Assembly: GCA_963782055.1 (NCBI GenBank)
Contig: CAWAIF010000003.1
Location: forward strand, 3,712,001 to 3,776,000
DNA: 64,000 bases
DNA from: an uncultured delta proteobacterium
Lineage (GTDB): Bacteria > Myxococcota_A > Polyangia > Polyangiales > Polyangiaceae
Reading direction: 5' to 3'
Shown here in pieces: positions 37,731-47,450 of this stretch. Under the pieces are notes generated by a model. It made no database searches. It saw nothing but the letters and a program-made list of their open reading frames with translations, and was not told where the DNA came from. A program made the translations under genes and the position numbers. Position 1 is the stretch's first letter. Every line of letters begins with the position of its first letter.

Positions 37731-40439
37731 TCACCCCCCGGCGCCGTCTCCCCCGGAGGGAGCGGGGGTGCTGCTCTTGCGCGGGAACAGTCGGTTCATC
37801 GCGTGCAGCAGGGCCGGGAGCACGAAGAGCGCGGAGGTGATGCACGCGATCTCCCCGCTCATCGCGAGGCGGCCGAAGGACTGCAGCGCCTGCTGGTCGG
37901 ACACGAGCATGGAGCTGTAGCCGATGGTCGTCGTGTAGCTGCACAGCGCCACCGCGCCGCCGGAGAGGCGCACCGCGCTGGAGACGTCGCCCTTCAGCAG
38001 GCGTGAGCGATCGAAGATGTTGAAGGGGTACTCGCTGCCGATGCCGAAGGTGATCGGCAGGGCGATGAAGTTGAAGAAGTTGAGCTTCATCCCGCCGAGC
38101 GCCGCCCCGCCGAGCGTGACGCCCACCGCCAGGACCAGCGCCGCGATGACCGCGAACGCGCCGCGCAGGCTGCTCGTCGCGATGAGGATCACCGCCACCA
38201 CGGCGCAGAAGGACACGCCGGTGGCGAGCGGGCCGTCGCGCTGCATCGACCGGATGATCTCGGCGAAGACGGTGGAGCGGCTCGCCGTCTGCACCACCGT
38301 ACCGTCGCGCAGGTGGACGTTGTCGGTCGTCTTGGCGATGCGCAGCAGGATGTGGCCGTCGGAGAAGGAGATGTTGTTGTGGAACTTGACGTAAAAGACG
38401 GTGCCGACGCGGCCGTCGTTCTCCTCGAAGCGCCGTCGCAGCAGCGGCGGGAGGTCCTCCGCCCGGATGGGCTTCAGGCCCTCGGGCGGCATCAGCTCCT
38501 TCGCCTTCTTGCGCTCGTCGTCCGTCAGGCGCGCCATCACGCCCGGAGTGAAGCGGTCGCGGATGTCCTGGAGCACCGCCAGCTTCTTCTTCTGCTCCTG
38601 CACGGTGCCGGGCAAAAGGTCCGCCACCGTCGCCACCTCCGCCACCAGCCGGCCCTGCGGGTCCTTGGCGTCGTTGTCCAGGATGGCCTGCTTGATGAGC
38701 GGCACCTGCGCCGGGCTGTCGGCCAGCATCAGCGCGCCGGCGATGTTCATCTTCCCGCCGAACACCTTGTCGGCCTTGTCGCTCCAGGCGCCGGCGCCGG
38801 ACACCTTCGTCCCGCGCGAGCCGAGGCGGCCCCAGTCGTACTCCCACGGGTCGTGCAGGAAGCCGGGCAGCGTGTGCATCGCGTACGCCCCGCCGGCGAT
38901 GGCCACCAGGACCACCGTGAAGGGCGCCCGCTCGGTGATCCACGCGATGCCGCGCATCACCGGGCCGCGCCCCTCGTGTGTGGGGTCGCGGAGGGGGCGG
39001 TCGCGCATCCAGGCCGGCACGCGCGTCTGGATCCACTCGTCGACCACCAGCAGCGCGGGTACGCACGGGATCATGCTGATCCACACCAGCAGCATCCCCA
39101 CGAAGCCGATGACGCCGAACTGGTTGAAGCCGCGGAAGTGCGTGACGACGAGCGAGCCGTAGGCGATCGACGCGACGAGCGAGCCGACGAGCTCGGCGCG
39201 GAAGGCGTTGAGCACGGCCTCCCGCCGCGCGTCCCGGGGCGGCATCCCCCGCGCGCGGAACTCGCGGTACCGGTTGAGCAGGACGATGGGGTAGTTGATG
39301 CCGTTGCCCAGGATGATGGCGCCCAGGAACGCCCCCGACGTGTTGACGAAGCCGTAGCGCCACATGGCGAAGCTGTAGGCCACGCCCACGCCGATGGCCG
39401 CCGGCAGGGCGATGACCAGCGGCGCCCACGGCGAGCGGAAGAAGACGACGATGCCGATGAAGATGAGGACGAAGGCGCCGCCGGTGGCCCACGCCGCGTC
39501 GCTCACCAACGAGTCCTTCTCCTCGATGGCGTTGGGAATGTCGCCGGCGTAGCCGACCTCGATCCGCGGGTCGATGGACGCGGGGTTCACCGTCCCCACC
39601 ATGCGCTTCACGCGCGCGAGCAGAGAGTCGCCGCCGGCGTCGCCCAGGCCGCGCGTGGTGGAGATGATGCGCAGCCCCATCATCGTGCCGTCGGGCGTGG
39701 CGAAGTAGCCGGTGGGGAAGTCGTCGTACTTCTGCGCGCGGGAGTTCCACTCGTCGTAGAAGCGGTCCATCCCCAGGTCGTGGTCCCCCTTCGGCGCGGG
39801 GGCGGCGCCGCCCCCGTGGCCGGGTGCCGGCGCGGGCGCGGGGTCGTCCGACTCCAGATCGCTCACCAGCCCGGAGCGGATGGCGATCTGGTGGTCGAGG
39901 GTGTCATCGGCCTTCTGCAGGTCGTCGAGGTCCGCGTACAGCCACTTGTGCTGCTGGAAGAAGGTGCGAACGTCCTTGGTCCCCGACTCGACGTACGCGA
40001 TGAGGTCGGGCCCGCACTTCGCGATGCAACGGCCGTCCTGGCCGCATCGCGCGTCCTCCGGCTTCTCCTCCGCCTTTCCGGGGGCGGGCGGCGGCGTGCC
40101 CAGCACCGAGTGCACGCACTCGCCGTGCTCCTTCAGGGAGGCCTGGAGCTGGGCGGCGAGCGCGTCGATGAAGCGCTCGTTGGCCTTCCGGTCCGGCGAC
40201 TGCGCCACCACGATGAGGGAGGAGCCGCCGCCCACGCGGCCGAGCTGGTGCTCGAACGCCTGGAAGCCGGGGCTGTCGCGGGGCAGCAGCTCGAGCAGGT
40301 CGCTGTTCAGACGGAAGTGGGTGTAGGCGTACGTCCAGGAGCCGAACAGCACGCCGAAGGCGAGCAGGAGCACGACGAACGGGTGCTCCCCGCTGGTGTC
40401 GACGAGCCGGCCGATGAGGTCGCGGAAGCGCGCCCTCAC
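37731..40439 (-). CDS. MMPL/RND family membrane transporter
   Basis: 902 aa, two TM clusters; LELLP, GNGINYPI, FNFIALPITFGIG, TTTIGYSS, VLPALL. Confidence 0.88.
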   Translation of the reverse strand: MRARFRDLIGRLVDTSGEHPFVVLLLAFGVLFGSWTYAYTHFRLNSDLLELLPRDSPGFQAFEHQLGRVGGGSSLIVVAQSPDRKANERFIDALAAQLQASLKEHGECVHSVLGTPPPAPGKAEEKPEDARCGQDGRCIAKCGPDLIAYVESGTKDVRTFFQQHKWLYADLDDLQKADDTLDHQIAIRSGLVSDLESDDPAPAPAPGHGGGAAPAPKGDHDLGMDRFYDEWNSRAQKYDDFPTGYFATPDGTMMGLRIISTTRGLGDAGGDSLLARVKRMVGTVNPASIDPRIEVGYAGDIPNAIEEKDSLVSDAAWATGGAFVLIFIGIVVFFRSPWAPLVIALPAAIGVGVAYSFAMWRYGFVNTSGAFLGAIILGNGINYPIVLLNRYREFRARGMPPRDARREAVLNAFRAELVGSLVASIAYGSLVVTHFRGFNQFGVIGFVGMLLVWISMIPCVPALLVVDEWIQTRVPAWMRDRPLRDPTHEGRGPVMRGIAWITERAPFTVVLVAIAGGAYAMHTLPGFLHDPWEYDWGRLGSRGTKVSGAGAWSDKADKVFGGKMNIAGALMLADSPAQVPLIKQAILDNDAKDPQGRLVAEVATVADLLPGTVQEQKKKLAVLQDIRDRFTPGVMARLTDDERKKAKELMPPEGLKPIRAEDLPPLLRRRFEENDGRVGTVFYVKFHNNISFSDGHILLRIAKTTDNVHLRDGTVVQTASRSTVFAEIIRSMQRDGPLATGVSFCAVVAVILIATSSLRGAFAVIAALVLAVGVTLGGAALGGMKLNFFNFIALPITFGIGSEYPFNIFDRSRLLKGDVSSAVRLSGGAVALCSYTTTIGYSSMLVSDQQALQSFGRLAMSGEIACITSALFVLPALLHAMNRLFPRKSSTPAPSGGDGAGG

Positions 40440-41770
40440 CGGTCGTGCCCCTCGCCCCCCGCACCGCCGGCCCGCGCCACGCGCTCGATCTCGGCCTGGA
40501 TGCGCCGCCCGTGGGCGCGTGCGTCGTACTCGCGCAGGACGAGCGCCCGCGCCGCGCGGCCCTGGCGCTCACGGAGGGCCGCGTCGCGGGCGTAGCGGAC
40601 GAACTGTGCGGCGAGGCCGTTCACGTCGGGCGGGCTCCCCGCAACGAGCGTGCCCGTCTCCCCGTCGCGGAGCATCTCCGCCACGCCGCCCACGTCGAAG
40701 GCGATGACGGGCAGGCCGAAGGCCATGCTCTCGATGACCGCCCGGGGCAACGGGTCGGCGTATACGCTCGGCACCACCGCGACATCGAAGTCACACACGT
40801 AGGGACGCACGTCCTCACGAAACCCGAGAAAACTCACCTTCTCGGCCACGCCGAGGCGCTGCGCCAGATCCTTGCATTCGGCCAGATGGTCCGGCCGGAG
40901 GTCCTCCGGCGTGTCCCCCAGGATGGCAAAGTGCACCTGACCGCGTTCTTCCTCGGAGAGCTGTTCCAGCGCCAGCCGCGCCGCCCGGACCATCTCCACG
41001 TAACCCTTGCGTCGAAGGATGCGCCCCTGGCTGCCGAAGACCACCACATTCGCGCCGAGACCGAGCTCTCGCCTCAGGCGTGGCTCCACACGGCCGGGCT
41101 GGAACGCCTCCACGTCCAGGGCGTTGTGGATGACGGTCACCTTCTCCGGGCACTGCGGGAAGAGGGCGGCCGCCGCCCGCGAGACGCAGACGATCCGGCG
41201 CACGCCGCGGCTCGCGGCGAGGCTGTCGTGGAGCCTGCGCACCGGGCCCGGCACCGACGTGTAGCGCACGTGCCAGAGCGCCGGCACACCGCTGAAGCGC
41301 GCGATGGCGCCGCCGGCGAAGTCGGCGTTGGTGCCGTTGCAGTACAGCACGTCGAAGCGCCCACGCCGGGCGAGACGCGAGAGGCGGATCACCGCGCGGG
41401 TGCCGCGGCCGACGTTGCCCGCGAGCCGCACCGCCTTGACGGGCAGCGAGGCGTCGAAATCCGCGCGCTCCATCGCCCGGTCCCAGGGCTCGATGGGGTT
41501 CTCCACCAGGTCGGGCTCGAAGCAGAGCTCGTCGCTCACGCCGGCCAGCAGGTCGGCGATGATCCCAGGGCGGGGCAGCACCACCACCCGCTCCACCACG
41601 GCCGGGTCGAGGAACTTGAGGATGGTGTGCAGGCTCCTGCCCGGACCGCCGTTGCGGGCGGTGTCGTTCAGGAAGAGCACGCGAATTCGACTCCGAGCCG
41701 GAGGCTCGGAGGAAGAACGCGACCGACCGAGGCCGGAGGCCGAGGGAAGGTCGTGAATGCGAGCGGTCAC
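40436..41770 (-). CDS. Glycosyltransferase family 4 (start uncertain)
   Basis: GGPGRSL, IHNALD, GRILRRKG, DPLPRAVIESMAFGLPV. Confidence 0.85.
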   Translation of the reverse strand: MTARIHDLPSASGLGRSRSSSEPPARSRIRVLFLNDTARNGGPGRSLHTILKFLDPAVVERVVVLPRPGIIADLLAGVSDELCFEPDLVENPIEPWDRAMERADFDASLPVKAVRLAGNVGRGTRAVIRLSRLARRGRFDVLYCNGTNADFAGGAIARFSGVPALWHVRYTSVPGPVRRLHDSLAASRGVRRIVCVSRAAAALFPQCPEKVTVIHNALDVEAFQPGRVEPRLRRELGLGANVVVFGSQGRILRRKGYVEMVRAARLALEQLSEEERGQVHFAILGDTPEDLRPDHLAECKDLAQRLGVAEKVSFLGFREDVRPYVCDFDVAVVPSVYADPLPRAVIESMAFGLPVIAFDVGGVAEMLRDGETGTLVAGSPPDVNGLAAQFVRYARDAALRERQGRAARALVLREYDARAHGRRIQAEIERVARAGGAGGEGHDR

Positions 41771-41970
41771 GCACGCCCCAAGGGACACAGAAAGACGCGC
41801 GACATTGCGCAGAGATTTTCGGCAATTAGCAGATGGATCCCGGCTTGGGAAGCGCATTGCACCCCCCTCCGGAAGATGGTACCGCCAGGCGCTTTCGCCT
41901 ATCTTCGTCAATCGAACTTCTTTCACCTGCGCTCCCACTCCGATGGCGGCGCGGGCCGCCCCGTCTTCCG

Positions 41971-43335
41971 GTGAAACGCCCTTCCCTTGTCCGCACTTCG
42001 CTTCTGCTTCTCGCCGCGCAGGTGGTCTTCCGCGCGGGCGACGCCGTCCTGCCTCTTCTGCTCGCGGCGTGGTTCGGCCGTAACAGCGCGACCGACGTCT
42101 ACTACTTCTCGTGGGCGGCCTTCGCCTTCGCCGGCTCGCTCGTCTTCTCGGCGTACCAGGACTCGGCCATCGTCCCGATCCTGGCCGAGATGCGCATCCG
42201 GCACGCCTCCGCGGTCACCGCGGAGGAGCGCTCCCTGCCGGCGCGTACGCGCGGCTCGCTCCTCGCCTACACGCTGATCCTCGGCGGGGCCCTCTCCGCG
42301 GTCATCGGCATGATGGCGGTCGCCTTCTTCGCGATGCGCTACGACGGCCCGGACCTGGCGCTCGCCGCCAAGATGGTCCCGCTCTTTTGCCTCGTGCTCG
42401 TGGCGATGAGCGTGAAGACCTTCTTCATCGCCGTGCTCAACGCGGAGCACCGCTACTTCGCGCACCCGGTGGCCGGCGCGGTGGGCATCGTGGTCACGCT
42501 GACGATCATCGCCACCATGCGCGAGCAGGCGGGTGTCATCGCCATCCCGGCGGCGGCGCTCGCCGGCGAGGTCACCGCGAGCGTGGTGCTGATGCACATC
42601 GCCCTGTCGCAGCTCCGCCTGCCGCTGACGCTCACCCTGGAGCGGCCGGAGCCGGTGATGCGCTTCGTGAAGCTCGGCGCGTCGGAGGTGGGGGGCGGGG
42701 CGCTCACCCGCGTCAACCCGGTCGTCGACCAGCTCATGGCCGGCTGGGCGGGCATCGTCGGCGGCGGCACCCTCCTGCGCTACAGCGGCGACGTCTCCTC
42801 GGTGCTCACGTCCCTCCTGCAGGCGAGCCTGCTGCCCGTCCTGCTCACGCACCTCGCCGACCAGTTCCACACCGAGAAGACCACCCACTACCGCAGCACT
42901 GTGGCGCGCACCCTCCTGTGGGTGTGCTCGCTGCTGGGCGGGCTGTCCTTCCTCGTCTACCTGGTGCGCGGGCCGCTGCTGCGCTTCGTCTTCCTGCGCG
43001 GTCAGATGGACGCGGCGGGCGTCGACCGCATGATCGAGATCCTGCCCTACCACCTCGTGGGCGTCGCGCCCTTCGGCGCGCTGCTCGTGCTCGCCCGCGC
43101 CCACGTGGCGATGAAGAACAGCCGCATCATGGTGTCGATGGGCATCCTCAACGCGTCGCTCAACCTGATCTTCGACGGCGTCCTGCTCAAGGTGCTGGGC
43201 CTCCGGGGTCTGGCGCTTTCCACCTCGTGCGTGCACACTGCGATCGCCATCGTGTTCTGGTTCCGACTCGAATCCGCCCTGCGCTCGCCCCAGATGGCGA
43301 GCCGCCCCTCCGCCGCGCCGGAGGTGGCCGCGTGA
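41971..43335 (+). CDS. MurJ/MviN-like flippase
   Basis: LAAWFGRNSATDVYY, NPVVDQLMA, FLRGQMD, LGLRGLALSTS; multi-TM. Confidence 0.8.
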   Translation: MKRPSLVRTSLLLLAAQVVFRAGDAVLPLLLAAWFGRNSATDVYYFSWAAFAFAGSLVFSAYQDSAIVPILAEMRIRHASAVTAEERSLPARTRGSLLAYTLILGGALSAVIGMMAVAFFAMRYDGPDLALAAKMVPLFCLVLVAMSVKTFFIAVLNAEHRYFAHPVAGAVGIVVTLTIIATMREQAGVIAIPAAALAGEVTASVVLMHIALSQLRLPLTLTLERPEPVMRFVKLGASEVGGGALTRVNPVVDQLMAGWAGIVGGGTLLRYSGDVSSVLTSLLQASLLPVLLTHLADQFHTEKTTHYRSTVARTLLWVCSLLGGLSFLVYLVRGPLLRFVFLRGQMDAAGVDRMIEILPYHLVGVAPFGALLVLARAHVAMKNSRIMVSMGILNASLNLIFDGVLLKVLGLRGLALSTSCVHTAIAIVFWFRLESALRSPQMASRPSAAPEVAA

Positions 43336-44483
43336 GCGCCGCGCACTCGATGCTCGGCCGCGTCGTGCCGCTGCCGCTGCCGCGGCGCCGGCCCCGCGTG
43401 CTCCACGTCGTGGTCGCCGGAGAGGTCGGCGGCGCCGAGCGCATGCTCGTCGAGCTGGCGTCGCGCCCGCAGGCCACCAGCGCCGATCACGTCGTCGCGC
43501 TGATGACGCCGAACGACAAGCTCGCCCGCCTGTTCAAGGACGCCGGCCTGCACGTCCACGACCGCGGGCGCGTGCGGGAGAACCCCATCGCCTACGTGTG
43601 GCGCTCCCTCGGCCCCGCGGACACCGAGTGGCTCGCCGAGGTCATGGCCCGCGAGCGCGCGACGGTGGCCCAGCTCCACACCTTCGGCTCGCAGGTGGTC
43701 GGCACCCGCGCTGCCCGGCGCATGGGCCTGCGCGTCGTGCGCACCGAGCACGCGGCCGACGTCTACAAGGACCTCTCCTGCTGGCCCTTCTCGCGCTGGT
43801 CGCTCCAGCGCGCCGACGCGGTGGTCGCGGTGAGCGATCACGTGCGGCGCGTCGCCCTCGCGAAGGCGCCGTGGGTGGCCGACCGCATCCGCGTCATCCA
43901 CAACGGCGTGGACACCCAGCGCTTCGCCCCGCGGCCGGTTCCCCCGCCGGGCCACCCCTTCTCCTTCGCGCTCGTGGGGCGGCTGGAGCACTGCAAGGGC
44001 ATCGATCTGGCGCTGGACGCCCTGGCGATGGTCCCCGACGCCGAGCTGCACGTCGCCGGAGAGGGCCGCCTCCGCGAGAAGCTGGAGGCCCACGCGCGCC
44101 GCGCCGGCGTGAGCGCGCGGGCGCACTTCCACGGCTACATGTCCGATCCGCGCGAGCTGGTGTCCACCGCGCAGGCCGCCATCTGCAGCTCGCGGCAGGA
44201 GGGCCTGGGCATCGCCCTGCTGGAGTCGATGGCCCTTGGCCGGCCGGTCGTGGCCTTCCCGGTGGGCGGGGTGCCGGAGATCGTGCGCGACGGCGAGACC
44301 GGCTGGGTGGCCGGGGACAAGACCCCGCAGGCCCTCGCCCGATCCATGCGGGAGGCCATGCGGGATCGCCGCCGGCTGCTGGAGCTCGGCACCGGGGCGC
44401 GTAACTTCGTGGCCCGCGCCTGCTCCATCGAGCAGATGTGCGGCGCCTACGCCGACGTCTACCGCCAGCTGATGGACTCGTAG
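43332..44483 (+). CDS. Glycosyltransferase family 4
   Basis: GGAERML, IHNGVD, GRLEHCKG, EGLGIALLESMALGRP. Confidence 0.9.
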   Translation: MSAAHSMLGRVVPLPLPRRRPRVLHVVVAGEVGGAERMLVELASRPQATSADHVVALMTPNDKLARLFKDAGLHVHDRGRVRENPIAYVWRSLGPADTEWLAEVMARERATVAQLHTFGSQVVGTRAARRMGLRVVRTEHAADVYKDLSCWPFSRWSLQRADAVVAVSDHVRRVALAKAPWVADRIRVIHNGVDTQRFAPRPVPPPGHPFSFALVGRLEHCKGIDLALDALAMVPDAELHVAGEGRLREKLEAHARRAGVSARAHFHGYMSDPRELVSTAQAAICSSRQEGLGIALLESMALGRPVVAFPVGGVPEIVRDGETGWVAGDKTPQALARSMREAMRDRRRLLELGTGARNFVARACSIEQMCGAYADVYRQLMDS

Positions 44484-44494
44484 CTCCACACGCG

Positions 44495-45664
44495 ATGGCG
44501 CGGACGAGCACCCACCACCGCCTCTACTTCACGCCCGGGATGTTCGGCTTCGGGCGGCTCGCCTCGTACGACTACTTCGCCCACCTGGAGCGGGCGCTGG
44601 TGCAGCGCTTCGAGGACGCCGGGCGTCACCTGGAGACGTACGTGGTGAACGTGGCGCCCACCGCGTCGGTCCGGAAGCGCGCCGCGCGGCTCGCCGAGCT
44701 CGTGGCGCGCTCGTGCTCCAGCGAGGTGGACGCCGGCGGCCCCATCCACCTGCTCGGCCACTCCACCGGCGGGCTGGACGCGCGCCTCGTCGCCTCCCCC
44801 ACCTCGCACGTGCCGGTCGCCGCGGGCATGCTGGACTGGCGCCCGCGCCTGCGCAGCGTCACCACCCTCGACACGCCGCACTTCGGCACGCCGCTCGCGA
44901 GCTTCTTCGCCACGGTGAGCGGGCAGCGCCTGCTCTACGCCGTCAGCGCGCTGACCTTCATCGCCCTCTCGGTGGGCGCGCCCCCGCTCGCGGCCGCCAG
45001 CGGTCTGGTGCTCGCCGTCTCGCGGCTGGACCGCGCCGTCGGCCTGGAGCTGCGCGTGCTCGACCGCACGACCGACTCCCTGCTGCGCGTGCTGGACGAC
45101 GCGCGCAGCAAGGAGGTGCGCGAGTACCTGGACGCCATCAAGCAGGACCAGGGCGCGGTGCTGCAGCTCTCGCCGGAGGCCATGGACCTCTTCCAGGCCG
45201 GCGTGGAGAACGGGCCGGAGGTGCACTACCAGTGCGTGGCGTCGATGGCGCCGCCGCCCTCGCCGGTGAAGTGGGCGCGGTCGCTCACCCGGCCGTGGAG
45301 CGCGGTGTCCTCCAGTCTCTTCACCAGCCTCTACGGCATCACGGCGCGCAGCGATCCGCGCTACCCGTGCGCGGCCCCGGAGACCGACCCGGCGACCGAG
45401 GCGGCGCTCCACGCGGCCTTCGGCCGCAGCCCGGGCGTGCGCGGCAACGATGGCGTGGTGCCCCTTCGCTCTCAGCTCTGGGGAGAGCTGGTGTGGACGG
45501 GGCACGCCGACCACCTGGACGTGCTCGGGCACTTCGACGGCGGCGCGCGCGGCGGCGGGGAGCCTGCCCATGTCGACTGGCTGACCAGCGGGTCCGGCTT
45601 CGACAGGCCGCGCTTCGACACCATGGTCGACGCCGTGGCGCGGGGCTTGCTCCAGGCCGCATGA
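44495..45664 (+). CDS. Lipase-like alpha/beta hydrolase
   Basis: PGMFGF, HLLGHSTGGLDAR, TPHFGT, NDGVVP, ADHLDVLG. Confidence 0.85.
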   Translation: MARTSTHHRLYFTPGMFGFGRLASYDYFAHLERALVQRFEDAGRHLETYVVNVAPTASVRKRAARLAELVARSCSSEVDAGGPIHLLGHSTGGLDARLVASPTSHVPVAAGMLDWRPRLRSVTTLDTPHFGTPLASFFATVSGQRLLYAVSALTFIALSVGAPPLAAASGLVLAVSRLDRAVGLELRVLDRTTDSLLRVLDDARSKEVREYLDAIKQDQGAVLQLSPEAMDLFQAGVENGPEVHYQCVASMAPPPSPVKWARSLTRPWSAVSSSLFTSLYGITARSDPRYPCAAPETDPATEAALHAAFGRSPGVRGNDGVVPLRSQLWGELVWTGHADHLDVLGHFDGGARGGGEPAHVDWLTSGSGFDRPRFDTMVDAVARGLLQAA

Positions 45665-46377
45665 CGGCGAAGCGCCTCGGCCAGGTGGAGGAGCGCATCG
45701 TCCGGTGCGAGGCCTGCCCGCGACTGGTCGCGCACCGGCAGGCGGTCGCCAGGAAGAAGCGCCGCGCCTACCGCGACGAGGTGTACTGGGGACGGCCGGT
45801 GCCCGGCTTCGGCGATCCCGCCGCGCGCCTGGTCGTCGTCGGCCTCGCGCCGGGCGCCCACGGGGCCAACCGCACCGGGCGCGTCTTCACCGGCGATTGC
45901 TCCGGCGACTTCCTCTTCGCCGCCCTGCACCGCGCCGGGCTGGCGTCGCAGGCGCAGGCGGTGGCGCGCGACGACGGCCTTCGACTCCAGGACACCTGGG
46001 TGACCCTCGCCGCGCGGTGCGTGCCGCCGGACAACAAGCCGTCGCCGCGCGAGCTCTCCAGCTGCGCGCACTTCCTGGACGAGGAGCTCGCCGAGCTGCC
46101 GTGCATGTGGGCGCTGCTCGCCCTCGGCGCGATCGCGTGGCACGCGGTCCTTGGGTGGGCGACCCGGCAGGGTGTCCAGGTCCCCTCCCCCCGACCGAAG
46201 TTCGCGCACGGGGCGGTGGTGCGACTGGGACGCCACACCCTGGTCGGCAGCTACCACGTGAGCCAGCAGAACACGCAGACCGGCAGGCTCACCCCCCGCA
46301 TGTTCGACGCCGTGCTGAGGAAGGCGCAGCGGGCGAGCTCAGCCGCAACGGACCTCCGGGAGCACATTAAACGTTAG
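45661..46377 (+). CDS. Uracil-DNA glycosylase family 5 (UdgB-like)
   Basis: CEACPRL, YWGRPVPGFGD, GLAPGAHGANRTGRVFTGD, CVPPDNKP, YHVSQQNT. Confidence 0.9.
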   Translation: MTAKRLGQVEERIVRCEACPRLVAHRQAVARKKRRAYRDEVYWGRPVPGFGDPAARLVVVGLAPGAHGANRTGRVFTGDCSGDFLFAALHRAGLASQAQAVARDDGLRLQDTWVTLAARCVPPDNKPSPRELSSCAHFLDEELAELPCMWALLALGAIAWHAVLGWATRQGVQVPSPRPKFAHGAVVRLGRHTLVGSYHVSQQNTQTGRLTPRMFDAVLRKAQRASSAATDLREHIKR

Positions 46378-46579
46378 CTCCCAATCGGCGGAGATGATTG
46401 CAGTTTGCACCTTCTGAATGCGCGGGGCCGCCGACCACACCCTGCGACCAAAATCTGCGTTTTTTCCGTTTTGGCCTTGTAACCTCGCGTGGGTCCCGTA
46501 TCCACAATGTCCGGCGCGCGCCTCTGCAGGCGCAGGAGGACACGCGTTGGGAAGAACGGCGGCGAGGTTGTGGGGGGCG

Positions 46580-47446
46580 ATGGCGGTGCCGGGCGCGCTG
46601 CTCGTGCTGAGCCTCTCCAGCGTCGGCGGCTGCACCAAGTCCGCCCCCGGCGCCGACGACCTCGCCTCGATCGGCCACGGCCGCTTCGGCAAGGCGCGCG
46701 TGGTGGGCGAGCGCGCCGCGCGCATCGCCCGGGCGGAGACGGATCCCTTCGACGACACGCCGGAGCTGGTGCGCGGGCAGTGGCGGCGCGAGCACGCCTG
46801 CCCGCGGGAGATGGCCAACGTCGAGGACCGCTTCTGCGTGGACCGCTGGGAGGACTCGCTGGTGGAGATCCTGCCCAACGGCGAGGAGCGCCCCTTCAGC
46901 CCCTTCCAGGTCGTCGGCAAGCACGTGGTGCGCGCGGTGAGCGTGCCGCACGTCGACCCTCAGGGCTACATCAGCGAGACCCAGGCGAAGGAGGCGTGCG
47001 CGCGCTCCGGCAAGCGCCTCTGCAAGCCGGCCGAGTGGCGACAGGCCTGCATGGGCCCGCAGCACACCACCTTCGGCTACGGCAGCGTGCGGGTGAAGCA
47101 CCGCTGCAACGACAGCGGCGACAGCCCGATGCTCTCGGTGCTCCACATGCGCGTGGACAAGCCGTGGACGTGGACCCTCGGCGTGATGAACGACCCTCGC
47201 CTGAACCAGGCGCCGGATACCCTCTCGCGCACCGGATCGCACGAGAAGTGCACCAACGGCTACGGCGTCTACGACATGGTCGGCAACCTGCACGAGTGGG
47301 TGGACGACCCGAAGGGCAGCTTCCAGGGTGGCTACTACCTGGACACGCACATCAACGGCGACGGCTGCAACTACCGCACGGTGGCCCACGCCCCGCGCTA
47401 CCACGACTACTCGACCGGCTTCCGCTGCTGCGCCGCCGCGGAGTGA
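46580..47446 (+). CDS. SUMF1/FGE-sulfatase domain protein, probably exported/lipoprotein
   Basis: FCVDRWE, CARSGKRLCKPAEW, YGVYDMVGNLHEW, STGFRCC. Confidence 0.85.
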   Translation: MAVPGALLVLSLSSVGGCTKSAPGADDLASIGHGRFGKARVVGERAARIARAETDPFDDTPELVRGQWRREHACPREMANVEDRFCVDRWEDSLVEILPNGEERPFSPFQVVGKHVVRAVSVPHVDPQGYISETQAKEACARSGKRLCKPAEWRQACMGPQHTTFGYGSVRVKHRCNDSGDSPMLSVLHMRVDKPWTWTLGVMNDPRLNQAPDTLSRTGSHEKCTNGYGVYDMVGNLHEWVDDPKGSFQGGYYLDTHINGDGCNYRTVAHAPRYHDYSTGFRCCAAAE

Positions 47447-47450
47447 GACG

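Noticed and set aside
46580..47446. True formylglycine-generating enzyme partnering the radical SAM maturase
   Set aside because: Lacks an evident catalytic CxxxxC/RxxxR core, appears exported, and lies 28 kb away; treated as a generic SUMF1-fold protein
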